58,324 nt of DNA, taken from Bdellovibrionales bacterium (GTDB lineage: Bacteria; Bdellovibrionota; Bdellovibrionia; Bdellovibrionales; JAGQZY01). The notes beneath the pieces were generated by a model that had not been told where the DNA came from, ran no database searches, and was given only the letters and a program-made list of their open reading frames with translations. The position numbers were made by a program, and so were the translations under genes. Positions 1 to 13,399 of this stretch are shown here, in pieces; within the stretch, counting starts at the first letter, position 1; every line of letters starts with the position of its first letter. The stretch covers positions 1 to 58,324 of the forward strand of contig JANPLN010000068.1 of NCBI GenBank assembly GCA_031426555.1, given 5' to 3'.

Positions 1-2274
<2,274 letters not shown>

Positions 2275-2402
2275 ATTAAAGGCTGAAATCTAACTAAAAA
2301 TCGCCAAATTCAACTCAACTCAAAGCTCGTAAAGACAAATAATTCTAAGTTCAAATTAACAAATACATAATAAATACAAATTAAATCTATCATCATTAAG
2401 TT

Positions 2403-2422
2403 CTATTCAATTTTCAAAGAAC
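2403..2422 (-). promoter_or_regulatory. rrn spacer boxA antitermination element
   Basis: Minus strand GTTCTTTGAAAATTGAATAG. The same 20-mer occurs in the 16S leader at 4307-4326. Confidence 0.8.
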
Positions 2423-2458
2423 AACCTTCCGTTCTCGTCGACCGAGTCCACCTACAAT

Positions 2459-2534
<76 letters not shown>

Positions 2535-2654
2535 CGAAGGCTCGCTCAAAAATGAATAGCTAGCAAGTTTTTATGAGGGTTGACCTAGAAAATGTTTCTT
2601 AAATTCTGACCAACCATCTTGCGATGAAAGGCCGAAGATTTTAAGAATAGTCAT

Positions 2655-4175
<1,521 letters not shown>

Positions 4176-4306
4176 ACTTTAAATCCTCTATTGCTAGAGG
4201 GTTAATAAACCGAATCATAAATTCTGCTTAATTTTATTCAAAAAAAGCAATTAATTAAAACTCAATCAATACTATTGATCGAGACCTCACAAAAAACTTG
4301 CATTAG

Positions 4307-4326
4307 CTATTCAATTTTCAAAGAAC
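4307..4326 (-). promoter_or_regulatory. rrn leader boxA
   Basis: GTTCTTTGAAAATTGAATAG, identical to the spacer copy. The adjacent 4284-4318 is complementary to 2547-2580 (16S processing stalk). Confidence 0.8.
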
Positions 4327-4343
4327 CGTCGAACAGAAGGACG

Positions 4344-4372
4344 GTTATAAGGAATGGGTGGGTGAGAGTCAA
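4344..4372 (-). promoter_or_regulatory. sigma70-type rRNA promoter
   Basis: TTGACT (4372-4367), 17 nt, TATAAC (4349-4344). An AT-rich UP-element-like tract lies upstream and boxA just downstream. Confidence 0.8.
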
Positions 4373-4607
4373 TAGTTTGAAAAAATAATTTTAAATAATT
4401 TTTTGCAGCGCAAATTTTTATCTGCGAAGTGACTAAATTCTGTACAAAAATTTTTAGAGAGACACAAAAAAAAGCCTCCCAGCAGCTAAAAATTACTAAC
4501 CTAAGTATCTAATTTATATGACTTAAACTTAATTCCTTGCAGGAAAAATTAAACGCGCCCATTTTGCAACCACTTATCAGGAAGATAATCGCCGCGCCGC
4601 TCTCAAT

Positions 4608-4773
4608 TCACAAATTATTAATAGCGCAAACGATTTCCTCCATCCGAATGAGTTGCGCCACATCGGGAAGGTATTTTTCGAGGGCTTCAGTGTGTTTGTG
4701 GGAACTTTTTAGATACTTCGAGTGATCTTCGGCGAACATGTATTTTAGGAGGGGCTGAAAACGCGTGTTGCCC
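4608..4773 (-). pseudogene. Possible C-terminal remnant of a third radical SAM gene
   Basis: Frame reads FQPLLKYMFAEDHSKYLKSSHKHTEALEKYLPDVAQLI, which resembles from memory the helical tail of twitch-type radical SAM proteins. It has no start of its own that would give a full protein. Confidence 0.3.
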
Positions 4774-5811
4774 TTAAACAAAATTCTGTCGATCGCCGAA
4801 AAGTTTAAAATCGTCGTCGACATAGCCTTCTTTGATGAGATCTCCACGCGAGCCATCGCGGATCGGCACAATCGCAAGAGTGCAGTAGTTTGCAAAATTT
4901 GGTAATGCAAAAATCATTTTCTCGACGTCCAGCGCTTCTTGCGTGCGTCCAGGAGACATCATAATTTTGATTTCCAAATGTCCTATATTTTTATTCTTAA
5001 CCCTGACTTTCTCGGCCAATACTTCGGCGATCACAGCTAAAAAGCGGTCTTGTTTGTAAAACTCAAAGTGCAAACTTAAATTGAGATGTGTGTAATGAAT
5101 AAGTTCTTTGTAATAGCCAGGCAATCGCGAACCGTTCGAGTGCATGCTAACATGGTGACCAAGGCTGCTCATAAATTTAACCCAATCCATAAGTGCTGGA
5201 TTCATCGTCGGCTCACCACCTGAAATAATAAAATGACAGTTCGCACCTCGCGCAAATTTTTCGTCGAGTAAAAGTGTTCCCCTTATGAGCTGATCGAGGC
5301 TTTTATGTGGATCCGTTTTATTGTGAATAAACGGCCAACAATAACTGCAGTCATAATTGCACCAACGGCCAAGCTCCCAATAGACCTGCTTCAAATTGGA
5401 GCTGTGAGTTCGCTCCATGCCGACAAATTCCGTTTGCGCAAGCGCTTGGCTTTCCACACTCTTATCAGTGCTTGCAAACGTCTTCACCAGTCGCTGTTTA
5501 TCGGAGAGCCGTCGCGCTTTTGGAATAAACAGATCTGCGCCGCAGGAACACGCTGTCTTCTGACATGGACTCCAATTTTGTGCGATTTGAATATCTTCGA
5601 AGATATTTCCTAACGATCCGCCCTGTCGACAACTGGCTCCATAGACGACGCCATCCATATCTATGTATAGATTTTCAATTCCTTGTCCGCAAAACCATCC
5701 CTTGAAGTGATGCAGATTTGCGCCCACCAGTAAATCGGTGCTGAAGTCAGTATAAAAACGATCCTTATGATACGCCCTTAAGGGGCGTCCTGGGGTGAAA
5801 TCTTTTTCCAT
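4774..5811 (-). CDS. Radical SAM protein with N-terminal SPASM/twitch-like Cys domain (permuted order)
   Basis: CNYDCSYC, SGGEPT and SNGS motifs lie in the C-terminal two-thirds. The N-terminus has GWFCGQG..IDMDG.VY...C...CQKTACSCGAD. Confidence 0.9.
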   Translation of the reverse strand: MEKDFTPGRPLRAYHKDRFYTDFSTDLLVGANLHHFKGWFCGQGIENLYIDMDGVVYGASCRQGGSLGNIFEDIQIAQNWSPCQKTACSCGADLFIPKARRLSDKQRLVKTFASTDKSVESQALAQTEFVGMERTHSSNLKQVYWELGRWCNYDCSYCWPFIHNKTDPHKSLDQLIRGTLLLDEKFARGANCHFIISGGEPTMNPALMDWVKFMSSLGHHVSMHSNGSRLPGYYKELIHYTHLNLSLHFEFYKQDRFLAVIAEVLAEKVRVKNKNIGHLEIKIMMSPGRTQEALDVEKMIFALPNFANYCTLAIVPIRDGSRGDLIKEGYVDDDFKLFGDRQNFV

Positions 5812-5822
5812 CTTTCCTCTTT

Positions 5823-6890
5823 TTAGTGAAAAATCAATTCCTTCACATTCGCCAACCAGGATCGGGCCTGAGTTATACGTGGCGCTTTCAACGGCAGCGC
5901 TTTAGTTACCATAATATCTAAATTGCAATGACAAAAACTCTTGTTACAAACAACCGGCCTCGAGGGAAGGCTGAGTTCTTGGTCCGAGATATGCCCGATT
6001 TTTCCACTCACCTTGCACCAGCCGCGATAAATATGTCCCCCGGTATCGATCACAATCTGCTCAAGCCCGATCGAGCAATTCCACCCCGTCCACGTGTTGG
6101 TTCCCGCCGCAATAAATCTTTGCGGAGCGAGAGGCTTTCGAGTTCCATCGGCACGCACCATACTCATGGCGCCGCGATACGACTCATACTGCCCGTTGCT
6201 GGTGATCTGTTTAGCTAAAAATGCGTTTTGGGTTTCTATGACTTTGTTTTGGGTTTTGGTGTAGGAGAAAAGACCGGAATCTTTTTGTTTTAAATCAGAG
6301 CCCATATCGTCTGTCAGCGGCTGAATAGCGATGCTAATCCCTTGAAGATTTTTGACTTTGTAAGCTAGCGTCAAACACTCCACAAAATATTGTGGATGCA
6401 TCATAAAGTTTACATGCGTTCGGATGCTTCGAGAGCAAAGCTCCACAACATCATAAAAATGTTCAGCCTTCGACGATTCTGGGTGGAAGCTCACACAGAT
6501 GTGATCCAAAAATGGAAGGAGTTTCTGCCAAAAAGCCAATGACCGAGATCCATTTGTTATAATACCAACTCGACAGTTTGCGCTCTTGAGGAACTCCAGC
6601 AGGACCGGAAGGTCTTTCCAGAGAGTGACTTCTCCGCCGGTAAATTCAAAATAGAGCTTTTTGTCTTGATAATGATCGATAACCTTTTGGCAAAACTCGA
6701 TAACCACTTGAACATCAGGCCACGCATCGGAACCACTGTGCAGGCCTTCGGGACAATAACTGCAACTGAAGTTACATGTATTTCCGATACACCAATTAAT
6801 AACTACAAAATCTTTGTGCGTTCCCTTGGAGTGTTCCAGGGCAATATAATCATGCACAAAACCTGTCTTGGAATTTTTTTGGTCAACCAT
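5823..6890 (-). CDS. Radical SAM protein with C-terminal SPASM/twitch-like Cys domain
   Basis: CNFSCSYC, TGGEVT and TNGS, followed by C-terminal GWNCSIG..IDTGG.IY...C...CNKSFCHCNLD. Confidence 0.9.
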   Translation of the reverse strand: MVDQKNSKTGFVHDYIALEHSKGTHKDFVVINWCIGNTCNFSCSYCPEGLHSGSDAWPDVQVVIEFCQKVIDHYQDKKLYFEFTGGEVTLWKDLPVLLEFLKSANCRVGIITNGSRSLAFWQKLLPFLDHICVSFHPESSKAEHFYDVVELCSRSIRTHVNFMMHPQYFVECLTLAYKVKNLQGISIAIQPLTDDMGSDLKQKDSGLFSYTKTQNKVIETQNAFLAKQITSNGQYESYRGAMSMVRADGTRKPLAPQRFIAAGTNTWTGWNCSIGLEQIVIDTGGHIYRGWCKVSGKIGHISDQELSLPSRPVVCNKSFCHCNLDIMVTKALPLKAPRITQARSWLANVKELIFH

Positions 6891-6953
6891 CCACTCCAGT
6901 ATTAAAGCCCTAGGGCTATTAATTCAAGGAGTGTAATTAGATTTTAGTTTAGT

Positions 6954-7029
<76 letters not shown>

Positions 7030-7085
7030 AACACATTTTTTTTGGGAGAGTCTGTTTTGTAATAAGTTGCAGACGGAGTCAAGCT

Positions 7086-7589
7086 TTATGCGGACGCAGA
7101 CCACATTCGTGACGGTATGCGAGCAAGAACTTTGCGCTCTTCTTTGAGATCGAAACCTACGGATTCGCCACCGCAGAGCACTGAGTCGTAAACTTTTCTT
7201 AGCACGTCGAGCTCATCTTGCTCGTCATTGCTTTGTAGCACTTCTTGGATCGCCTCAAAAACACTTTGGATATCGGGAGTCGTCACAACTTTTGGGATTT
7301 TTTCCATATCGAGACCAAAAAGACCCAAAGGACGGAAGCCAACAAGGCTGTCTGTTATCAGAATTTTTTTGCCTGAGGTGAAATTGACCTGTAAAAAGGA
7401 TTTTCCAGCCTCATCTTGGCGAGGCATCACTTCGTCGAGATCAAAACAATTCAGAGTGATTCGTTTGTGATCCATTTTTTGTTCGATGATCATGTAATCT
7501 GAGAGAGTTGATTCTACAACGGAAAGTCCCTTGGACTCCGAGATGAAACTTTTTATTTGTTCCACAACATTTTGGAAGTCGGTTTTCAT
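7086..7589 (-). CDS. Hypothetical protein
   Basis: About 167-aa globular-looking ORF with a GAGG RBS before MKTDF. No motif recognised. Confidence 0.75.
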   Translation of the reverse strand: MKTDFQNVVEQIKSFISESKGLSVVESTLSDYMIIEQKMDHKRITLNCFDLDEVMPRQDEAGKSFLQVNFTSGKKILITDSLVGFRPLGLFGLDMEKIPKVVTTPDIQSVFEAIQEVLQSNDEQDELDVLRKVYDSVLCGGESVGFDLKEERKVLARIPSRMWSASA

Positions 7590-7846
7590 TTTCGTCCTCT
7601 TCAAGGTTCCCCCTCACATCTCACGATGCCATACCTGCTTACATCTCATCTATCGACTCAACATTGCTTTCACTTAACAGAAAGATTTAAAAAAATGCAC
7701 TGATCTCAAAGAGATGCACGGAGTGTCTCACGACAACACAACATAGACTTCCTGAAAGTTGGGCCTGACTAAAAGGTTCACAAAGCTTGCCATTTTTGCT
7801 AATAGAAACAATACTCTAAAGCTGGCCCTTTGGGGGGCCATAAAGG

Positions 7847-8158
7847 ATGAAAATGCTGATATACCGCTGGTTAGCTCCACTCAAACCGACAAAAGAACAA
7901 GCTCGGATGATTTTTTTATCGGAAGATCTCTCCCCTCGTGAAGAGCTTTTGACCCTTGAAGAAGTCTATCCGGAACATCGTCATCCGTTTGATGAAGTGC
8001 GTATGATCTTAGATGGTGAAATTTCGATGAATATCTCTGGCAATCAATTGCTCCTGCGTCCTGGCGACAAAATCATGATCCCCGCCAACACGAAACATTC
8101 GCAAAAAGTGTTGAGCCAAGGTCCTTGCTTGTGCCTTGTGGCCAACCGACCGTTTTAA
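7847..8158 (+). CDS. Cupin domain protein
   Basis: Cupin motifs EHRHPFDEVRMILDG and LRPGDKIMIPANTKHS. Confidence 0.85.
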   Translation: MKMLIYRWLAPLKPTKEQARMIFLSEDLSPREELLTLEEVYPEHRHPFDEVRMILDGEISMNISGNQLLLRPGDKIMIPANTKHSQKVLSQGPCLCLVANRPF

Positions 8159-9469
8159 TTATTTTTTAAGCCATTCGAGAAATTCTTTGATTCGTTTTTC
8201 AAAACCGCGCTCCGAAGGCTCGTAAAACTTTTCATTTTTGATCTCTGCCGGTAAAAATTCTTGCTCCACCCATCCCTTGGCGCCGTCGTGTGCATAGTCA
8301 TAGTTTTTTCCATAACCAATGGATTTGGCTAATTTGGTTTGCGCCGAGCGCAAAGAGAGGGGAACAGGGAGAGAGCCTCTTTGGCGAACCACGTCCTGAG
8401 CCTTGTTGATCGCGACGTAGGAGCGGTTGGACTTAGGGGCGCAGGCCAAGTAAATGACGGCCTGAGCGAGATTGATCCTCGCTTCGGGCAAGCCAATCAC
8501 CTCCACAGCTTTGAATGCAGAGACGGCCAACGTGAGAGCCTGTGGATCGGCATTGCCGACATCTTCGGAGGCCAGAATCACTAGGCGACGGGCGATAAAA
8601 ACCGGATCCTCGCCACCTTCGAGCATGCGCGCAAGGTAGTAGACGCTGGCATCGGGATCACTCCCGCGAATACTTTTTATAAATGCCGAAATGGTGTCGT
8701 AATGCTCGTCGCGATCTTTGTCGTAGCGAACTCCTTGGTGAAAATTGAGTTTTTCAAAATCGTCTTCTTGCAGTGGAAATACGACGGACTGCGAACCACG
8801 AAGCAAAAGAAGCTCTTCAATAGAATTCAAAAGTTTACGGCCGTCTCCGCCGGAAGCTTGAATCAATTTTTGTTGAAAGCCCTCGGTGATTGAATCGGCA
8901 GCTGACAAATTTTCGCTGGCAAACGCTTTGTCGATAAGGCCTATCAGGGCTTTTTCTGGCAAAGCTTCGAAAACAATCAGTCGGCAACGACTCATCAAAG
9001 CTGAATTGAGCTCGTAGCTTGGGTTTTCGGTGGTCGCTCCAATAAGCACCAAATCGCCGGCTTCGACAAATGGCAACAGGACATCCTGCTGCGAACGAGT
9101 GAGGCGATGGATCTCGTCGATGAAAAGCAAGGTTTGCTGATTTTGTGTTCGCCGCAGGTAGCGCGCGGACTCACCGATTTCTTTCATCTTTTTTGCACCC
9201 AGATCGATGGCGTTCTCTTCGATAATGTGAATGCCCTGCAGTTGATTGGTGAGGGCTTTTACAAAAGACGTTTTACCGCAACCTGGCGGCCCCCAAAGTA
9301 TTAAACTTAACAGGTGTCCCTGCTGAAATTTTTGCAACAGCGCTGAATATTTTTGGAAGAACTTTTCTTGACCTAAAAACTCGTTGAGATTTTTAGGTCG
9401 CAACTGCGCAGCTAAAGGGGTGTTTTTTGAATTGATTTGCTCCTGGGCAGAGAATAAGTCCATGCCCAC
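8159..9469 (-). CDS. rarA: Replication-associated recombination protein A (RarA/MgsA AAA+ ATPase)
   Basis: WGPPGCGKT, FIDEIHR, GATTENP, SAFIKSIRGSDPDA, ASEDVGNADP. Confidence 0.96.
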   Translation of the reverse strand: MGMDLFSAQEQINSKNTPLAAQLRPKNLNEFLGQEKFFQKYSALLQKFQQGHLLSLILWGPPGCGKTSFVKALTNQLQGIHIIEENAIDLGAKKMKEIGESARYLRRTQNQQTLLFIDEIHRLTRSQQDVLLPFVEAGDLVLIGATTENPSYELNSALMSRCRLIVFEALPEKALIGLIDKAFASENLSAADSITEGFQQKLIQASGGDGRKLLNSIEELLLLRGSQSVVFPLQEDDFEKLNFHQGVRYDKDRDEHYDTISAFIKSIRGSDPDASVYYLARMLEGGEDPVFIARRLVILASEDVGNADPQALTLAVSAFKAVEVIGLPEARINLAQAVIYLACAPKSNRSYVAINKAQDVVRQRGSLPVPLSLRSAQTKLAKSIGYGKNYDYAHDGAKGWVEQEFLPAEIKNEKFYEPSERGFEKRIKEFLEWLKK

Positions 9470-9483
9470 AAACTAGAGGGGTT

Positions 9484-10020
9484 TTAGCGAGTTGTGAAGA
9501 AGTATTTTTGGCTGAAGAGGGATGTTGGGTCGTCTAAAGTACCAAACCATCCTTCGGCGTGAACCTCCACCGTGTAGACACCGGAGGAAACAGCTTCCGA
9601 AAGTCCGGAAACATAGAATTCAAATGTCGGCGGTGATGAAGTACCTGCTGTGACAGTCGCAAGTATCTCTGGCGCTGGATCTTGTTCGCCAATGTAAGAT
9701 TCGGCAGTTAAAACAGATTCCACTGTCACAAAGCCCTGTGTTGTCGTCAAGCCCAGCATTTTTAAAGTTAATGATTCAACAATGAGGTTTTTATCTGAAC
9801 CATTTTCAATAACAACGGAAAACTTAAACCAGGGCGCTTTGATGTCTGTATAAACAGGGAGATTGGTCGAGGTGTCGAATCCCGTCTGTACTTTTCCGTC
9901 AACAAATTTAACCTTTGGATTCTCGGGTGAGAATGTAATGTCAACGTTCTCGCTATCCTGTTTTGAACAGGCCAACAAAAAAGGAAGAGCTACGCAGGTT
10001 AAAAAAAATTTAATTCTCAT
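9484..10020 (-). CDS. Hypothetical lipoprotein at the end of the pilMNOPQ operon
   Basis: Signal peptide with lipobox LLAC and a beta-rich mature part. Confidence 0.75.
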   Translation of the reverse strand: MRIKFFLTCVALPFLLACSKQDSENVDITFSPENPKVKFVDGKVQTGFDTSTNLPVYTDIKAPWFKFSVVIENGSDKNLIVESLTLKMLGLTTTQGFVTVESVLTAESYIGEQDPAPEILATVTAGTSSPPTFEFYVSGLSEAVSSGVYTVEVHAEGWFGTLDDPTSLFSQKYFFTTR

Positions 10021-10029
10021 ATAAACCTC

Positions 10030-12243
10030 TTAGAGAGTTTCCATTTCTGTTTCTAAATCGTCGATGTCCATATCTTCTGTTTTATCTGGCGCGATGGGGG
10101 GAAGCAGGGTCGAGGTGCCTGGACTTGAATCTAATCCACCGAGTTTCAGATCATCCGATATTTTATCATTGTTTAGAATTTTTGGCTGTAGAAAGATAAC
10201 AAGCTCATTTTTAGACACGCGCTTTGTTTTAGTCTTAAATAAATATCCCAAAAGTGGAATATCTTTCAGATAGGGGATCCCCCCCTCGTTAACAACTTCA
10301 TCCATACTCAAAATACCACCCATCACAACAGAGTGCCCATCTTTCACGAGAACTTTTGCCTGCGCTTCGCGAGTATTGATGGCTCGCGAGCCACTGAAAT
10401 CTCCGCCAGGGATGTCTCTGCGAACTGAAATATCCAGAATCATATCGGCATTGAATGTGACTTGCGGTGTGACTTCGATCTTTAAGAGAACGTCGCGAAA
10501 TGACACTGTTGTTTGCGTGATACCTTGTGTTGCCGTCACGATCGTCATCGGAACCTGCTCCGTCTGTTGAATCAAAGCTTTTTCTTTGTTCAAGGTCACG
10601 ATTCTTGGAGATGACAAAATTTTAATTTTTTCTTCTTGCTCGTAAACGGCTAATGAAGCCGTGAGTGAATCCAAAACACCGACTGTTCCAAAAGCAACGT
10701 TGCCAAGGGCACCACCTGGAAATGTGCCTGGCCCCTGTGCGGCCGTTCCAGCGATGGATGCGTTAGCAGAAATGGAGTTTGGCGATAGGGCCGTTGTCCA
10801 ATTGATACCAAATTGTCTTAAGAAATCGCTTTTAGCTTCGATGATTCGTCCTTCGACGAGAACCTGAATCGGCTTTACATCCAAAGAGCGAATAATTTGC
10901 TCAGCTCTCTTCACGTTGTCTTCGAGATCGTAAATCACAATGGAACTTGAACGCAGATCGGGTGTCACTTTTCCTTTACTCGGAGTTAAAACTGGAGTCA
11001 CTTGATTCACCAGTGAGGCGATGTCAGCATAACTTACTGGCACAACTTTAATTGTTAAAGAGGAGGCGGCTGTTCGCGCCCCCGCTTCGGCTTCGAGCCT
11101 TTCGCGGGTTGAATTGAGCTCTTTTGTGAGTTTTTCGGTTTTTGCGACACGAACAATTTGCCCTTTTCGCTCGTAAGATAAACCCTGCGCACCAAGAATC
11201 GACGACATCGCCTCTTTCCAAGGAACATCGATCAACTTTACGTTATTTACTTTGCCCGTGACTTCTTCATCCACGATCACGTTAAAACCAATCTCGTCGG
11301 CAATCACTTTGATCAGCTCGGCCACTGGAATGTCATCCAGCTGAATATTGATGCGCTTGTTTTCTGCGGAGTTATCAATCACCGACTCGCTCGTTTGCGC
11401 GTCGGCGCTGGCCGCGTAGGTGGCTGTGCTCGAACCCACACCACCGCTGTTTACCATAAGGCTGTTACCGATCATGGAAATTTGCGGTTTTGTGGCTTCT
11501 TTGTATTGAATGACGATGGTGGCTATGTTGGAGCTTTTATCTTGATACGCGTTGATCGTCGCAACCGGCTGTCCAAAGTCTTTGGCAATGTAGGGTTGCT
11601 TGAAGCGCGGGGCGATTTGAACATCCATAGCTTCGATGATGGTTTGGTTAAACTGTGGCTCGTCGCGAACTTGATATTCAAAAGGACGTTCTGCCGAAAT
11701 CACCACCGACCCGCCAGAATCTTGCGACTTGTATTCAAGGTTCGTAATTTGGTTTGAAGCCGGAATCGACACGAGCTCCTCTTGGGCCTCTGGAATTGTC
11801 TCAACGGGCGGAGGGGTTGTTTCTTGCGCGACCACAGCCACGGGCTCGGCGGCTTCTACATCCAGATCTTCATCGGGAATTTCTTCGATATCGGCAAGAT
11901 TGGATGTGGGCAATTCTTCGTCTGAAAGCTCTTCTTCGATGAGATCCTCATTGAAATCTTCGATATCAGAGAAAGAATCCTTGGATTTCTCAGCTGGTTT
12001 TTCTGCAAATGCATCGTCGGCGGCTTCCGGTGTGGACTCCACATCTGCGGTTTCCAAATCTAAGTCTTCAAGATCTTCCGCAGATTCCTCTGCGGGCTCT
12101 TCTGCAGAATCTTCGTCTTCAAGACCCGCAAGCTCACCTTCGATTTCACTGGGTTCTGCTGTTGTATCTGACTCCATCATTGAGCACGAAGTTAAAAAAA
12201 CTAAGAATAGCAATCCTATGCTGTATCTGAACATCCATGTCAT
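10030..12243 (-). CDS. pilQ: Type IV pilus secretin PilQ (lipobox, acidic linker, AMIN-like, N domains, secretin)
   Basis: QVLVEGRIIEA, SSPRIVTLNKEKA, GIPYLKDIPLLGYLFK and ELVIFLQPKI secretin motifs; downstream of pilMNOP. Confidence 0.95.
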   Translation of the reverse strand: MTWMFRYSIGLLFLVFLTSCSMMESDTTAEPSEIEGELAGLEDEDSAEEPAEESAEDLEDLDLETADVESTPEAADDAFAEKPAEKSKDSFSDIEDFNEDLIEEELSDEELPTSNLADIEEIPDEDLDVEAAEPVAVVAQETTPPPVETIPEAQEELVSIPASNQITNLEYKSQDSGGSVVISAERPFEYQVRDEPQFNQTIIEAMDVQIAPRFKQPYIAKDFGQPVATINAYQDKSSNIATIVIQYKEATKPQISMIGNSLMVNSGGVGSSTATYAASADAQTSESVIDNSAENKRINIQLDDIPVAELIKVIADEIGFNVIVDEEVTGKVNNVKLIDVPWKEAMSSILGAQGLSYERKGQIVRVAKTEKLTKELNSTRERLEAEAGARTAASSLTIKVVPVSYADIASLVNQVTPVLTPSKGKVTPDLRSSSIVIYDLEDNVKRAEQIIRSLDVKPIQVLVEGRIIEAKSDFLRQFGINWTTALSPNSISANASIAGTAAQGPGTFPGGALGNVAFGTVGVLDSLTASLAVYEQEEKIKILSSPRIVTLNKEKALIQQTEQVPMTIVTATQGITQTTVSFRDVLLKIEVTPQVTFNADMILDISVRRDIPGGDFSGSRAINTREAQAKVLVKDGHSVVMGGILSMDEVVNEGGIPYLKDIPLLGYLFKTKTKRVSKNELVIFLQPKILNNDKISDDLKLGGLDSSPGTSTLLPPIAPDKTEDMDIDDLETEMETL

Positions 12244-12259
12244 ATCATCTCCCGATGAT

Positions 12260-12802
12260 CTATTTTCTAATATTTAGTGTTTTAGTCGTAGTCAATTTTT
12301 TATCACCCTCAACAAAAGTCTGTACAATAATTATCTGTCCTTCTCGAATAGCCTGGATTATCCCATAGTTTTCGCCAAGATAGTCGCCAACAACCACTTT
12401 ACGATTGGTAATTTTATTTTCGTGATTCAAAAAAGAGATGATCGCTTTTGGGTGAATGGGGTCTAGGATGAGGGCCTTGATTTTGATGTCCGTTAGAGGA
12501 ATTTCTTGTAATTCAAGAAATGGTCCAAAATAAGCTCCAAGAGGAATTTCCACCCCGCTAATTTCTGGCAAACGGAACGGATCTCTGCGTGTTTGGCGGT
12601 CGTATTCGAAGGGCGAAGTGAGTTTTTTAACAATCATCCCCTCCTCTTCATCAAAAGCTGACACCGGTGACGTATTCTTTACCGGCACTGGCGACGCGGC
12701 GTCTTCCACGGCCGTCTCCTCAGCTGTTGGAGGTTTAATATCAGGCGTGGGCTGCGCTTGAACCACTGTCAAAAAATGAAACAACAGAAGGAATTTCATC
12801 AT
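12260..12802 (-). CDS. pilP: Type IV pilus assembly protein PilP
   Basis: RRDPF motif and GDYLGENYGII motif; position between pilO and pilQ. Confidence 0.85.
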   Translation of the reverse strand: MMKFLLLFHFLTVVQAQPTPDIKPPTAEETAVEDAASPVPVKNTSPVSAFDEEEGMIVKKLTSPFEYDRQTRRDPFRLPEISGVEIPLGAYFGPFLELQEIPLTDIKIKALILDPIHPKAIISFLNHENKITNRKVVVGDYLGENYGIIQAIREGQIIIVQTFVEGDKKLTTTKTLNIRK

Positions 12803-13398
12803 CCTCCGGTTCCTGGCTCTGGAGCGACGACCTTCGTTGCATCGTACGAAAAAACTGTGAGCAACATTTCAATCTTTACCAAGGACAACTCATCCGTCGA
12901 GCCTGAGGATTCAAGTCTTAAAACCTTAATATCAATCATGCGTGACATTTTAGTAAGCAGAGACAGGAAATCCATAAATTCATGAAATCCCCCCTCGGAT
13001 TCAAGCTTAATACCCTGCTCAATGTAGCCGGGAAAGCGGGATTCGACGGGCTCATCCTGCATTTTCAACAAGCGATTATTTGTCTTTTTAAGGAGGCCTG
13101 AAATATCTTTTTGGAAATCATTGTTGTTTGTATTCGATGGGAAAAATTTAAGGAGTTCTTCAAGCTCTTTAGAAATAGCCATTGCCCGAGCTTCCGTACT
13201 TGTTTTGTCTTCTAAAGCGTTTTCCACCGCATCGAGACGAGCTTTGGTTTGCAGAATTTCTGCGCGCGTGGCCTCAGCCTGGGCTACTTTATCTTTGCCA
13301 TTATCAAACATCACAGCAAAATAAATTCCAGCAAGAAGGATTCCCCCAATGAGGCATTTCGAAGGAGCTAAATCTTGAAAATCTTCTTTTAAGCCCAT
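12799..13398 (-). CDS. pilO: Type IV pilus assembly protein PilO
   Basis: TM helix, coiled coil, then GGFHEFMDFLSLLTKMSRMI; operon position. Confidence 0.88.
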   Translation of the reverse strand: MGLKEDFQDLAPSKCLIGGILLAGIYFAVMFDNGKDKVAQAEATRAEILQTKARLDAVENALEDKTSTEARAMAISKELEELLKFFPSNTNNNDFQKDISGLLKKTNNRLLKMQDEPVESRFPGYIEQGIKLESEGGFHEFMDFLSLLTKMSRMIDIKVLRLESSGSTDELSLVKIEMLLTVFSYDATKVVAPEPGTGG

Positions 13399-13399
13399 C

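Noticed and set aside
6906..6917. 12-bp palindrome AGCCCTAGGGCT between tRNA-Ala and the radical SAM gene
   Set aside because: Short, single and without a loop or U-tract. It could be an operator but cannot be distinguished from chance.
11729..12277. 182-aa Ser-rich plus-strand ORF
   Set aside because: Antisense shadow of the acidic low-complexity PilQ linker.
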